Shown: positions 47,556-58,433, numbered from the stretch's first letter. The stretch is DNA of 64,000 bases from Thainema sp. (GCA_052168235.1 JBQLZK010000042.1:1-64000), one strand, 5' to 3'. Notes: a model not told the origin generated them from the sequence alone. Made by a program: numbers and translations.

Positions 47556-47598
47556 ACAACGAGCCTTCAAACCGACAAACGGTGGGCAGTAACGATCA

Positions 47599-47719
47599 AT
47601 ATCAAGTTTGGTTGAAAACCCATTTGGGTTGAAAACCCATTATTTTATTTTTTGTGAAACGTTTGCTCCGCAAACGTTTCACAAAAAATAAATTGGGTTC
47701 TTACACACAGACTTGATAT
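47599..47719 (+). repeat. Family A repeat (copy 4)
   Basis: ATATCAAGT...TGTGAAACGTTTGCTCCGCAAACGTTTCACA...GACTTGATAT, with an internal duplication of GGTTGAAAACCCATTT. Confidence 0.8.
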
Positions 47720-47882
47720 AGGCTGACAGAATAATCAACATAGAAAGATGCTATTCCGGCATTGTACCCAATCATTTTGAAATGCGGCGGCTGGGAATGC
47801 GGCTGCGATCGCAGTTTTAAGCGTGCTGAGTTTTCGGCATACGGCATACGCCTCACGCCTCACGCCTTGCTCCGAACTGCTA

Positions 47883-48767
47883 CTAACGCTGCGCCAACCA
47901 CTCCAAAATATAGGCATTCACCGTTTCCGGATTCTCGTCGTGGGGGCAATGTCCGGCGTTGGGGATGGGATGGAACTGAATGCGATCGCACTTTTCACTG
48001 AGGTCTTGATAAATCCCGGCTCCTTTAATCGGTGTCCAGGGATCTTTGTCGCCCCAGAGGACGAGTAGCGGTTGCTCGATCTTGGGCAGCAGCTCGGCTG
48101 GCTTCGGCCCCGGCGGAGCGGCTAAGACAGAGGCAAATACTTTTTGGGCACCCGGATCGCAGGAAGGCTGATAGAGAATATCAACTAGCTCGTCAGTGAT
48201 GGCGGATTGATCGTAGTAAACCTGTTTGAGGGTGTTGCGAATGCGGCGGGGTTTACGGACTTGATCAAACATAAAGGGGCCAATTAAATCGGAGTTAACC
48301 ACTTTGGCGAAAGTGCCCATGATCAAGCCGAGGATGGGGTTCAGCTCTTCGGGGCGATGATTCAAACCGCCAGCGGAGTTGAGCAACACGCCGCCCGACG
48401 CGATGTGAGGATAATCGGCCAGCATCATCAGGCTGAGCAGCCCGCCCACGGAGTTGCCGATCATCACGGCTGGCTGCTGGATATGCGCGTGCCAAAAGTC
48501 ATGCAGCAGGTCTTGCCAGAGTTCGATGCAGTAGTCCAAATTGGGCTTGTCCGATGCGCCAAAGCCGAGCAGGTCAATAGCAAAAACTCGATAGCCAGCT
48601 TCAGCCAGAACCGGAATATTTTTGCGCCAGTGGCCGATGGATGCGCCAAAGCCGTGAATTAAAACCAGTGGTTCGCCAGTGCCCTGGACGGTGTAGCAAA
48701 TTTGATGCCCGCGCCAGGTCCAGGTCAGCTTTTCGAGCGGGTTCACTGCGATCGCGTGAGAAGTCAT
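47883..48767 (-). CDS. Alpha/beta fold hydrolase
   Basis: HGFG, GNSVGG nucleophile elbow, WGDKD, GHCPHDE. Confidence 0.92.
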   Translation of the reverse strand: MTSHAIAVNPLEKLTWTWRGHQICYTVQGTGEPLVLIHGFGASIGHWRKNIPVLAEAGYRVFAIDLLGFGASDKPNLDYCIELWQDLLHDFWHAHIQQPAVMIGNSVGGLLSLMMLADYPHIASGGVLLNSAGGLNHRPEELNPILGLIMGTFAKVVNSDLIGPFMFDQVRKPRRIRNTLKQVYYDQSAITDELVDILYQPSCDPGAQKVFASVLAAPPGPKPAELLPKIEQPLLVLWGDKDPWTPIKGAGIYQDLSEKCDRIQFHPIPNAGHCPHDENPETVNAYILEWLAQR

Positions 48768-48970
48768 ATATAAAACGTAAGCTGGATTTTCTTAAACTTC
48801 CTTCATAATATCGAGGATTGCCTAGCCCTGCGGCAATGGGTCAGTGGCTAGAGAAGTGCGATCGCACTTTATGACCTGGACTCAATAACCGTCATGAAAT
48901 GTGACTAATGCGATCGCGCCTCAGCCAGTTCGATGAGCTAATCGGAGTTGGGTTGACTTAAATTATCCCG

Positions 48971-49273
48971 CTAAACAAACCAAGCCTCTAACTCCGAAAC
49001 ATCAGCGAAATCAAACAGGTCTTCTCCCAGCACCTCTAGGGACTCTAGCGAGAGTTGATTCACTTGGTTTTGCAGTGCCTCCGGCAGGTCACCGAATTTG
49101 CGCGTGAGCTGTCGGAGAATCAGTGTTCTGGCTTCTGCTTGGCGGCCTTCTTGGCGGCCTTCCTCGCGAGCCTCCTGATATACACGGGTCTCTTTCAAAT
49201 CGGTGATGCCTAACATAGCAGCTATCTCCTCTCGCGTTCGCCGGGGAAACGTATAGACAACAATCGTCTCACT
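48971..49273 (-). pseudogene. 5'-truncated Rpn/DUF2887-DUF4351 family remnant
   Basis: ETIVVYTFPRRTREEIAAML...TRVYQEAREEG...RQLTRKFG..LEVLGEDLFDF; an in-frame TAG lies just upstream and the N-terminal domain is absent. Confidence 0.7.
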
Positions 49274-49391
49274 CTAAGGGCAGGGCGTCCGCCATCTTAT
49301 CGCATCAATTGTGTGATCGCAGATCTTGTAGTGCGTTACAGCAATGTTTAACACCCCTACGCGAAAGGTGCGATCGCGCTAGAGTTGTCTG

Positions 49392-51470
49392 TTACCGCCA
49401 TTTGGGCTGATAGCGTTCTGCAAATCGCTTGCGGAGCAAATCATGGACAAAGCGATAGCGCCCGCCAACCCGCTGAATGAAACGATGGTTTTCAGCATGT
49501 TGGAGGAATTTTTCGTAGTTCCAAGGAGCAACTCCAGAATCATAGAGGATATGGCGTAAGCTCAGATGTTGAATAGTAGGAATCAGGCCAAAGAACAGCG
49601 CACCAATTAGCCCAAAAATCAGTCCGTACAGCAACCCATCAATTAGCCCAAAAATTAGTTGAATAATTATTCCTCTACTGAACCTACTCAGCCAGCCAAC
49701 TAGCACGAAAATCAATCCACCAGTCGATCCAAGAAGCAGCCCGTATCTACGTGCTGTTCTCATCGATCGCCTAATTCCTTGATTAGGCAATTGCTTATCT
49801 TCAATTTCGGATTCAGAAGTAGTCAACCCAAAAATCAATCCGCCAACTAGGCCGCCAACTAACCCGAAAAAGAGGCTCTGAATTAGGCTGCTTTTCAACC
49901 CACTAATCAGTACATGATTAATTAGTATGTGAATTAGTCCCATCAGTAATCCGTAAAATAATCCGCTGATTAGTCCAAACCAAAGAATCTTTTTGCTAGA
50001 AAACCTAAGATTCTCTACCGACTCAATATCACGTAGTCCTATGCTCTGCCTATTAATCCATCCAAAACTCATCCTATATTGAGTTTTATCGCATTCTCTA
50101 TCTAACCAAGAGGGCTGTAGCCGCTCAATTAGAAACTCTGTAACTCCCTGTTCCTCAAGCTTTTTGGCTAACCAACTGAGATAGTGATGAGTTTCCTCAA
50201 CGGTGGGTGATTTCCCCGGTGGATAAGCTTCTCTATTTTTAAAATCCTCCAACTGTGTATCAATATACAAATCCAGCAATTCATTTATGCTTTTAATTTG
50301 TAAGACTTTATCTCTCGGAATTAGCTGTCCTTGATAAACCACAACTAGCATCAACAGAAACAGCGGCGAGCGCATAAGTCTTAAAAGGATAGGCTGGCGC
50401 AGTAGAGCATTCCATAAAGATTTCAGATCTGGCGTATCCAGGTAATCTTCAATTTGCTCGTCATCTAATTCTTGAAGATAAATTGCTCCATTTAAGCGCT
50501 TCAAATATTCGCTTTGAGCTTCTAAAGCCTCATATTCCTTCCGCCGACAACACACCACCATCGACGTGGATGGTTGCATATCAAGAAACGCATTAATCGC
50601 TCGCATACATTGGATTTGCCTAGCCTGACGCTTGCGATCAATCTCCTCAGATGAGGCATTCTCAGCACTATCAACCCGCCGTAACTCATCCAAACCATCC
50701 AGCAGCGGAAACAGTTGATTCTGGTCAATCCACTGCTGCGCGACTTGCGGCGGCACCGTATATTTCTGCTGAAGCTGCTCAATCAACCAATCTGCAAATG
50801 TTTCCCCTGGCTCACTCGACCATTCCGAAAGCTCAAAGATAACCGGAATCGGAGCATCATCTGCCTGCTGCGCCTGTTGCAATAACTCCTTAGCTACAGC
50901 CAATAACTCATTCGTTTTCCCTGCCCCCGGTTCTCCCAAAATCAGGAGTCGCCCTTTGATGTCGTCTCGCTTCAGTAGAGCCGCAGTCGATGCCTCTGTT
51001 TCCACTGGAGTAGATGATACTGGCTTGCCAAAGGAATTAACTGCCCGACGAATAAACTGATCGAGTGGGCGAGACTTTTCAACTGGCGGCAAATCCTTTC
51101 GTCCAACTCGTTGACGCTCCTCTTGATACCGCAAATCCATCCGGATTTTATGGTGCAGCGAATCCTCCAACCGTTTCACAACCTGCCGAAGCACCACATC
51201 TATCAACTGCCGCCGCAGCTTTTGGCGCTCCTCTTCTGTAATCTCTCGCTTCTTCGGGCGATACTTATCCAAAAAGCCAATAATGTTGTCAAGGTTGCCC
51301 GTCAATTTTGCGACTGCGGCCACTGCCATTGCAAGAACAGCAAAAATTGCAATTCCCCAACCAATCGTAGGATTTCCGCTCAACCATTCCAACATCTGCT
51401 CCTGCTTCGACGGCGGCGCATTCCCCGAAGCAGCTTGTGCCAGCAACCAAAACCAAAGAGGACTTACCAT
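49392..51470 (-). CDS. NACHT-family NTPase with C-terminal Gly-rich transmembrane segments
   Basis: LLILGEPGAGKT, LLDGLDE, SPLFL, FLIERLQP, GLxxGL repeats, VGGRYRFVHDLL. Confidence 0.88.
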   Translation of the reverse strand: MVSPLWFWLLAQAASGNAPPSKQEQMLEWLSGNPTIGWGIAIFAVLAMAVAAVAKLTGNLDNIIGFLDKYRPKKREITEEERQKLRRQLIDVVLRQVVKRLEDSLHHKIRMDLRYQEERQRVGRKDLPPVEKSRPLDQFIRRAVNSFGKPVSSTPVETEASTAALLKRDDIKGRLLILGEPGAGKTNELLAVAKELLQQAQQADDAPIPVIFELSEWSSEPGETFADWLIEQLQQKYTVPPQVAQQWIDQNQLFPLLDGLDELRRVDSAENASSEEIDRKRQARQIQCMRAINAFLDMQPSTSMVVCCRRKEYEALEAQSEYLKRLNGAIYLQELDDEQIEDYLDTPDLKSLWNALLRQPILLRLMRSPLFLLMLVVVYQGQLIPRDKVLQIKSINELLDLYIDTQLEDFKNREAYPPGKSPTVEETHHYLSWLAKKLEEQGVTEFLIERLQPSWLDRECDKTQYRMSFGWINRQSIGLRDIESVENLRFSSKKILWFGLISGLFYGLLMGLIHILINHVLISGLKSSLIQSLFFGLVGGLVGGLIFGLTTSESEIEDKQLPNQGIRRSMRTARRYGLLLGSTGGLIFVLVGWLSRFSRGIIIQLIFGLIDGLLYGLIFGLIGALFFGLIPTIQHLSLRHILYDSGVAPWNYEKFLQHAENHRFIQRVGGRYRFVHDLLRKRFAERYQPKWR

Positions 51471-51543
51471 TCACCCACAAATCAGCAGAAGGCCAACATG
51501 ACCACAGCATACTCGATGAACCAAGAAGCATTGGTATATTGGC

Positions 51544-52284
51544 TCAAACGATTAGCTTTTTGTAAAGCATAAATTTGTATCGATCCCTTAAATCAGGACT
51601 AATCATCGAATGTCCTAATAGGCCGTGATCTTGTAAACCCAGCTTTTGCAAAATTCGACGAGAACCTTGATTATCAACTTCTGCAAAAGCTATCAACTCA
51701 CGTACATTCTGAGTGCTAATAAACCAAGGCAGGCAAACAGAAAGAGCCTCTGACATTAATCCTTTTCTCCAGTATTGCCGGGAGAGCGCATAACTCAGCA
51801 TCACAGACTCATAGGGAGTTTGGTTCAGGACAGGACTAATAGCCTCAGGTCGTGAAATCTGATAAAAACTGATAAAACCAATTACTGTTTCGCTTTGGCC
51901 CAGTTGTACAGCAAAGTAGTACCTATACCAAGGATGCTGATGATTAACTCGATAGACAGAATAAAGATTTGTCACAGGAGAATAGCGATCACCTCTCATC
52001 TGCCAAACTTCCGGATCTTGGATGAAATCGATAACTTCCGGTTCATCAGATGGCAGCAACAATCTGATTTCTAATCTTTCAGTTTTGAGTAACGGTTTAC
52101 TGCTAATTGGCCATGACAAAATGTCAGAGATGCTCAACACATACTCATCAAAAAACTGCTCTTTGGAGTCGCTAAGCGTCAAGTTAATATGAAATTGGTC
52201 AGGAGGTTGAAAGCGAATTTCCAATTCTTCAAAACTTACCTGTGGCCCAGCTTTCTCAAAGCAGCGGAACCGCAGTAAACCCAT
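51544..52284 (-). CDS. GNAT (RimJ/RimL-like) N-acetyltransferase
   Basis: LKTERL, YWRKGLMSEAL, DNQGSRRILQKLG. Confidence 0.8.
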   Translation of the reverse strand: MGLLRFRCFEKAGPQVSFEELEIRFQPPDQFHINLTLSDSKEQFFDEYVLSISDILSWPISSKPLLKTERLEIRLLLPSDEPEVIDFIQDPEVWQMRGDRYSPVTNLYSVYRVNHQHPWYRYYFAVQLGQSETVIGFISFYQISRPEAISPVLNQTPYESVMLSYALSRQYWRKGLMSEALSVCLPWFISTQNVRELIAFAEVDNQGSRRILQKLGLQDHGLLGHSMISPDLRDRYKFMLYKKLIV

Positions 52285-52567
52285 GAACCTATCTGCGAAG
52301 AGAGGCAGCTGAAATGGTTCAAGAAACTGCTGAAGCTCACAAATTAATAAACGATGTGAGTTGAGATAGCGATCGCTATCTGTTCGATCAATCTGCCCTA
52401 CAAATAACCGAGAAGTTATAATTCCTCAAGCTCCTGCATTGCTGTTCCAACTTAATGTCAACGGTACGAGATGTGCTCTGCAGAGTCAATAGAATTTCAC
52501 CAGTAAAAATAGATGCGATCGCACTTAACAGCTTATCTTTTCACTACACCCCCCGAGGATCGTTCCC

Positions 52568-52753
52568 ATGCATAATGCCGAATACTACTGCGCCTACTGT
52601 GGCGAACCCAATTCAACCTTTGTTGACCCCAGCGGCGGCACTCAGCAGTCCTACGTGGAAGACTGCCAGGTTTGCTGTCGGCCCAACATTCTCTACATTC
52701 GGATCGACGAAGACACGTTGGATATTGAGATTGATACGGAATACGAAGGCTAA
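52568..52753 (+). CDS. CPXCG-motif cysteine-rich protein
   Basis: CAYCGE...DPSGG..QSYVEDCQVCCRP. Confidence 0.85.
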   Translation: MHNAEYYCAYCGEPNSTFVDPSGGTQQSYVEDCQVCCRPNILYIRIDEDTLDIEIDTEYEG

Positions 52754-52761
52754 ACAGCCAC

Positions 52762-53598
52762 CTAAGCGCCCATTCCCGAATATTGCCTCAGCCCCAGATG
52801 CCAGAGCAGACGGTTTAAGCCAAAGAAAATCGCGATCCAGCCCAGCATGATCAGCAGCCCCTTCACGATATCCACCTCAAATCCAACTAGAATACTGGCC
52901 GGAAAATTGATCAAATAGGGAAACGGTGTCCACTCCACGACAGCGCGTACTGTAGGGGGAAACAGCTCCAGCGGCGCAATCATGCCTGATAGAAACAGAT
53001 AGAACAAATACCAAACCTGTTCGATCGCAACTGCCCGTTCAACCCAAAAGGCAAACATCGCAAACGTATACTGCATCAAAAATCGCAGGACAAAGGCGAG
53101 TAGGATGACGCCTAGCGCCAGCAGTAAGCGTGGCCAGGTCGGCCACCAAGCCGCTTCGCGATAGAGCAGAAAGAATAGGCCCACAATAACTATCACCAGC
53201 GGCATTCGCACAACGCGCTCAGCTAAGTGACCAAAGAAATGGTGCCAGCCCGGATCAAGCGGCTGTAACAGTCGCGGCGATAGCGTGCCTTCTACCACCT
53301 CTTTTTCAAAATCCCAGATTACCCAGACAACGGTGAACTGTCGCGCCACAAAAACGGCAATGAAGTAGCGAACAAAATCCAAGGCAGAAAGGCCAAAATC
53401 ACCACTCGCTGAAGCTTGTACCCAAACCCCCATCAGAATTAGGGGCAACGTACCCGACAGCATCCAGAACACAAGTTCCGCCCGATACTCGGTCATATAG
53501 GCGTAGTAAACCGTCATCAGCGCCTGGACTAAACGCCGAAATCCGCCGAAGCCATTGGATAAGTTGAGGGGTAAGCGGTTAGAAGTGTGATCGCGCAT
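52762..53598 (-). CDS. ABC-2 type transporter permease
   Basis: EYRAELVFW, GTLSPRLLQP, LSGMIAPL..FP; multiple TM helices. Confidence 0.9.
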   Translation of the reverse strand: MRDHTSNRLPLNLSNGFGGFRRLVQALMTVYYAYMTEYRAELVFWMLSGTLPLILMGVWVQASASGDFGLSALDFVRYFIAVFVARQFTVVWVIWDFEKEVVEGTLSPRLLQPLDPGWHHFFGHLAERVVRMPLVIVIVGLFFLLYREAAWWPTWPRLLLALGVILLAFVLRFLMQYTFAMFAFWVERAVAIEQVWYLFYLFLSGMIAPLELFPPTVRAVVEWTPFPYLINFPASILVGFEVDIVKGLLIMLGWIAIFFGLNRLLWHLGLRQYSGMGA

Positions 53599-53604
53599 AT
53601 TTAA

Positions 53605-54588
53605 CTACTCCACTGACCCCGTTTGAAACACTCGCCCAATCACTTCTTCAATCGGCGGATCGGCCACGGTTAAGTCCCGCACAGGTAAATCAGCCAACAC
53701 ACGAGAAACCGTTTCCGTCAGCTTTTCTCGCCGCACGATGAACCGCACCGTACAGCCCTCCTGATGTTCGACTTCGCCGTAGCGAGCCAAATCCAGCGGT
53801 TCGCAAGACTCTTCTAGCTCCACTGTCACCTCTCGATAGGGCACAAATCGCTCCAGCAGTGCCTCTAGCTGACCGTCATAAATCAGCCGTCCCGCGTAGA
53901 TCAGCAAAACCCGCTCACACAGCGCCGTAATGTCGGCCATGTAGTGACTGGTGAGCAAAATCGTCGCCTGATAGCGCTCGTTGTATTCCCGTAGAAAATC
54001 CCGCACCGCCACCTGGGCGTTAACATCTAAACCCAGCGTCGGCTCATCCAAAAACAGCACTTTCGGGCGGTGCAACAGTGCCGCCAACAGTTCCGCCTTC
54101 ATCCGCTGACCCAGGGAAAGTTTCCGCACAGGCTGCGTCAACTGCTCCGACAAGTCCAGCATTTCCGTCAGTTCCGCCAATCGGTAGCGAAACTCGCGGT
54201 CTTCGATGCCATACACCGCCGCATTAATTCGCAGCGAATCCAGCGTGGGCAAGTCCCAGATCAACTGCTGCTTTTGGCCCATGACCAGAGTGATGCTTTG
54301 GAGGAAATTGCGATCGCGGTTGAAGGGCACATGTCCAGTTACCTCCACCCGTCCCGCCGATGGATGAATCAAACCCGTCAGCATCTTCAGCGTCGTCGTT
54401 TTGCCTGCTCCGTTGGGGCCTAGAAATCCAACCACCTCACCGGGCTGAATTTCAAAGGAAACATCCTGTACTGCATTCACTGACCGATACTTACGCTGGA
54501 AGAAATGAGCCAGTGTTCCTTTAAATCCTGGCTGCTTAACTGCGACAGGATAGACCTTACTAAGCTGTTGAACTGAGATGATCGCCAT
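53605..54588 (-). CDS. ABC transporter ATP-binding protein
   Basis: GPNGAGKT, LSLGQRMK, DEPTLGLD, TSHYM. Confidence 0.92.
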   Translation of the reverse strand: MAIISVQQLSKVYPVAVKQPGFKGTLAHFFQRKYRSVNAVQDVSFEIQPGEVVGFLGPNGAGKTTTLKMLTGLIHPSAGRVEVTGHVPFNRDRNFLQSITLVMGQKQQLIWDLPTLDSLRINAAVYGIEDREFRYRLAELTEMLDLSEQLTQPVRKLSLGQRMKAELLAALLHRPKVLFLDEPTLGLDVNAQVAVRDFLREYNERYQATILLTSHYMADITALCERVLLIYAGRLIYDGQLEALLERFVPYREVTVELEESCEPLDLARYGEVEHQEGCTVRFIVRREKLTETVSRVLADLPVRDLTVADPPIEEVIGRVFQTGSVE

Positions 54589-54845
54589 ACTTGCTATGGT
54601 TGCACAGATGCACGAGAAACGGGTGGAGGTCGTGGTAGAAGGTGAGGCGTGAGGTGCTCAGAGCACCTACCATCAAACTGGTGAGCGTAGAATAAAGAGC
54701 AATGACCTTTTGAAGAAGCGACAAGGCTGTGAATTGAGCACCCCATCAACCAACCAGTATAGTGAGCAGCGCGACAGATGCATCAGACTAATGACGTTGC
54801 CAGTTTGACACGCTAGAAAAGACCTGCTGTTGGAGTCTAAAGAAT

Positions 54846-56630
54846 ATGAAAATTGCGATCGCACAGCTCAATCCGACGATTGGCGACTTACAGCACAACG
54901 CTCAGCAGATTTTGGCGGCAGCGCAACAGTCCGCTGAACAGGGTGCGGAATTGCTGATTACAACGGAGCTGTCGCTGTGTGGCTATCCGCCGCGCGATCT
55001 GCTGATGCAGCCCAGCTTTTTAGATGCGATCGCACAGACGCTTCAGGAACTCGCTCAAGCCTTGCCGTCTCAGATGAGCGTGTTGGTGGGGTTGCCAATG
55101 CGCAATCCAGCCGCCGCTGAGAAGGGTGAAAAGCCACTGCACAACAGCGTGGCGCTGCTGCATCAGGGGAAAATTCAGCAGATTTTTCATAAGCGTTTGC
55201 TGCCCACCTACGACGTGTTTGACGAAGACCGCTATTTTGAGCCGGGCCATCTGGCTAACTGCTTTGAGCTAGCTGGACTGCGCATCGGCGTCACCGTTTG
55301 CGAAGATCTGTGGAACGATGAGGAGTTTTGGGGGCAGCGTAACTACGAAATTAATCCCTTCGAGTCGCTAGCCCAGCAGAATGTGGATCTGGTCGTCAAT
55401 CTCTCGGCGTCGCCCTATACCGTTGGCAAACAGGGACTGCGGGAAGCCATGCTGAGCCATGCGGCCAGCCGCTATCACTGTCCAGTCATTTATGCCAATC
55501 AGGTGGGCGGCAACGATGATTTACTATTCGACGGCAGCAGTGTCGCCTTTAATCGGCAAGGCGAGATGGTCAGTCGAGGACGGTCATTTGAGCCGGATTT
55601 GATGCCGCTTACGTTTGATCCGGATAAGCAGGATTTAGCGATCGCAGATATCACTCCCGTACTGGATAGTGAATCAGCCGCCATCTGGTCGGCCTTAGTG
55701 ATGGGCGTACGCGACTATACCCGCAAGTGTGGCTTCAGCAAAATTGTCCTGGGGCTGAGTGGCGGCATTGACTCAGCGTTAGTCGCTGCGATCGCAGCCG
55801 CAGCCGTCGGCACCGATCAGGTACTGGGTGTCCTCATGCCGTCGCCCTACAGCTCGGAGCACTCAATTACCGATGCGTTGGATTTAGCCAGCAATATTGG
55901 CATTCGGACGGAGACGCTGCCTATCGGTTCCCTGATGAAGCAGTACGACAAAACCTTTCTCGATCTGTTTGCTGGCACCGAGTTTGGCGTAGCGGAGGAA
56001 AATATTCAGTCTCGCATTCGCGGCAATCTGCTGATGGCGATCGCCAATAAGTTTGGCTATTTGCTGGTTTCGACGGGTAATAAGTCTGAAATGGCCGTGG
56101 GCTACTGCACCCTTTACGGCGATATGAATGGTGGATTAGCTGCGATCGCAGATGTGCCAAAAACAAAAGTCTATCGTCTCTGTCAGTGGCTAAATCAGAA
56201 CGCAGCTCAGATTCGGCAGGTTCAAACTCACTTGACTCCCTATCCTATTACATCACCCCAATCAAATCGGGACTTAGAACTCAACCGACCAATTATCCCG
56301 CTCAACATCCTGGAGAAACCGCCCAGCGCCGAATTGAAGCCTGATCAGAAGGATGCAGACTCGCTGCCAAGCTACGACATCTTGGACGACATTTTGGATC
56401 GCTTAATTCACAAACATCAATCGCCTCGCGAAATTGTTGAATCCGGTCATGATGCAGCCACTGTACAGCGGGTATTTAATCTCGTACGTCGGGCTGAGTT
56501 TAAGCGGCGGCAGGCTCCTCCTGGCCTAAAAATCACCGATCGCGCCTTTGGCACAGGCTGGCGGATGCCAATTGCCAGTCAATGGGTGCTTAACTTGCCG
56601 ACTCAACCGTTTTCTCTCCGCCCCAATTAA
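54846..56630 (+). CDS. nadE: Glutamine-dependent NAD+ synthetase
   Basis: Nitrilase domain (EL, K, CED) followed by SGGIDS, ENIQSRIRG, TGNKSE, PSAEL. Confidence 0.96.
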   Translation: MKIAIAQLNPTIGDLQHNAQQILAAAQQSAEQGAELLITTELSLCGYPPRDLLMQPSFLDAIAQTLQELAQALPSQMSVLVGLPMRNPAAAEKGEKPLHNSVALLHQGKIQQIFHKRLLPTYDVFDEDRYFEPGHLANCFELAGLRIGVTVCEDLWNDEEFWGQRNYEINPFESLAQQNVDLVVNLSASPYTVGKQGLREAMLSHAASRYHCPVIYANQVGGNDDLLFDGSSVAFNRQGEMVSRGRSFEPDLMPLTFDPDKQDLAIADITPVLDSESAAIWSALVMGVRDYTRKCGFSKIVLGLSGGIDSALVAAIAAAAVGTDQVLGVLMPSPYSSEHSITDALDLASNIGIRTETLPIGSLMKQYDKTFLDLFAGTEFGVAEENIQSRIRGNLLMAIANKFGYLLVSTGNKSEMAVGYCTLYGDMNGGLAAIADVPKTKVYRLCQWLNQNAAQIRQVQTHLTPYPITSPQSNRDLELNRPIIPLNILEKPPSAELKPDQKDADSLPSYDILDDILDRLIHKHQSPREIVESGHDAATVQRVFNLVRRAEFKRRQAPPGLKITDRAFGTGWRMPIASQWVLNLPTQPFSLRPN

Positions 56631-56955
56631 CTCTAATGGCTAGAGCGTTTACGTCTCTTGATGGAGTGATTAACTAGATTCAACCGATACGATTTCTAAA
56701 GTAAGAAAGTTAAACTTTCTGCTACTCGCTACTGCAAGAGTTTTCAACGATTAGAAGTCGATCAAGGCTTGACTGACAACAGCGTTGATCATTTTCAAAA
56801 GCGCTTGAAGTTTACAGCAGTAGTAAAGGCAAATGGTGTGACTGAACAGTTTTTTGCTTTGACAGCATTTTCTATCTTGAAAAATCGCTGAAGGGCAAAT
56901 TCATGTTCAACTACATCACTAAAGCCTCTTTTGTTGAACTCAATCTTAAAATAGT

Positions 56956-57135
56956 ATGACTACCGATAAAAACCCAACAGATAAGCAGACTCCTCTTGAA
57001 GGAATATCTCGCCGGACGGGTCAACAGCCCCGAGACTCCAAGGGAGACGAGCGTGAAGGCGCTAAAACTGAAGCACCTAGCAATAAGAACGAGAAGGTTC
57101 CTGGTAGCCCCAACCAAGGCACCGACTCCCGATAA
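56956..57135 (+). CDS. 59-aa hydrophilic small protein, not in the ORF track
   Basis: ATG...TAA encoding MTTDKNPTDKQTPLEGISRRTGQQPRDSKGDEREGAKTEAPSNKNEKVPGSPNQGTDSR, followed by the hairpin AAAGCACTGGCTGCAGCCAGTGCTTT. Confidence 0.6.
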   Translation: MTTDKNPTDKQTPLEGISRRTGQQPRDSKGDEREGAKTEAPSNKNEKVPGSPNQGTDSR

Positions 57136-57257
57136 TTAATTTCAAAACAGCTCTTAAAAAGCACTGGCTGCAGCCAGTGCTTTGCTGTATTGGCTTTAAC
57201 TGATGAGGTAATATAGCCTTTCCTGGGCTACTGAGATACAAGTTATTTAACGAAACA

Positions 57258-58283
57258 TCAGCTCTTGTACTCGCTCAGTAGGATCGAAATTCCTTGTGTT
57301 GATTTAAACTCCTGGCAAACTAGTACGATTGCGATTGTCATTGGCACTCCTAATATTGCACCAGGAATGCCCCACACCCATCCCCAAAATACAATTGAAA
57401 CCAGTGCTACAAATGGGGATAGCTCTAAAGATTTGCCCTGTAAGCGGGGATCTACGAAATTTCCCATAACAACTTGGATAACCGCCAATCCAACTAGTGT
57501 TGCAATCCCCTTACCAACACCCTGAAAGACTAAGGCCACAAGCGTTGGTGGGATGACGGCAATGATCGAACCGAGGGTTGGGACAAAGTTCAAAACGAAC
57601 GCGATTAATCCCCACACAAATGCAAGGTCAACACCTAGTACAAAGCACCAAGCAATAGTTAATAATCCAGTTATTAAACTCGTAAGCGCCATCACACCTA
57701 AGTAGCGACGCAGTTTGTCACTTGTGTTAGAAACGGCATGAACTAAACGATGACTCGCTGTTGATGGAAATGCCTGTTCAACTTTGTGATGATACTGACT
57801 TACTTCTAGTAGCAAAAGTACTAATAGTGACACAACTAAAACAAACAAGCTAAGCGCTGAGAGCAGGGATCTTAAACCGCCGATGGCTTGTTGGACAACC
57901 TGATTTGATGAACCTTGAGATGATGAAAAAAGCTGCTCTGTTGGAAGACCAAAGTTGCTAGCCCATGTCCTAGCCGTATTAGCCATTTGCTGAATTTGAT
58001 CCAAATATCCAGGTAGTTTAGGCTCAATGATTTCAGCGCTTAACGACAGAGCCCCAACCGCCAATCCTAATATGCCTGCTAACACAGCCAATACGATGAT
58101 CAGGCTTAACCAACGCGGCACATAGCGATTTAACCAGCGCTGCAGCGGATGAACTAAAACGGTAATGAAGAACGCAAACGCCAGAGGCATCGTAATCGGA
58201 CGAGTATATTTCAGTGCAGCAATAACCAAAATTGTGGTGATAATGGCAAGAAAAACTGGCGTTGCTTTTTCAGGTAATTGCAT
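57258..58283 (-). CDS. AI-2E family transporter
   Basis: LNFVPTLGS, GNFVDPRL.G, WGWVWGIPGAILGVP. Confidence 0.92.
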   Translation of the reverse strand: MQLPEKATPVFLAIITTILVIAALKYTRPITMPLAFAFFITVLVHPLQRWLNRYVPRWLSLIIVLAVLAGILGLAVGALSLSAEIIEPKLPGYLDQIQQMANTARTWASNFGLPTEQLFSSSQGSSNQVVQQAIGGLRSLLSALSLFVLVVSLLVLLLLEVSQYHHKVEQAFPSTASHRLVHAVSNTSDKLRRYLGVMALTSLITGLLTIAWCFVLGVDLAFVWGLIAFVLNFVPTLGSIIAVIPPTLVALVFQGVGKGIATLVGLAVIQVVMGNFVDPRLQGKSLELSPFVALVSIVFWGWVWGIPGAILGVPMTIAIVLVCQEFKSTQGISILLSEYKS

Positions 58284-58433
58284 TAGCTTGAGCTATTTAG
58301 GTGCTTTCGAAAACTATTAGATTGTTATGGGCAAGGTATAGCTAGATACAAGTTATGGCTACCAAACAGTAAGACGGACTCATGCATCATGAATCCGTCT
58401 TCAGGCTTAAAAAGCTGGCCAACTGGTTATAAA

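Noticed and set aside
47836..47867. Heptamer repeats CGGCATA x2 and CGCCTCA x2
   Set aside because: Ordinary cyanobacterial STRR-like short repeats.
56911..57117. 68-aa minus-strand ORF
   Set aside because: The plus-strand 59-aa ORF has an ATG start, a more coherent composition and a downstream hairpin.
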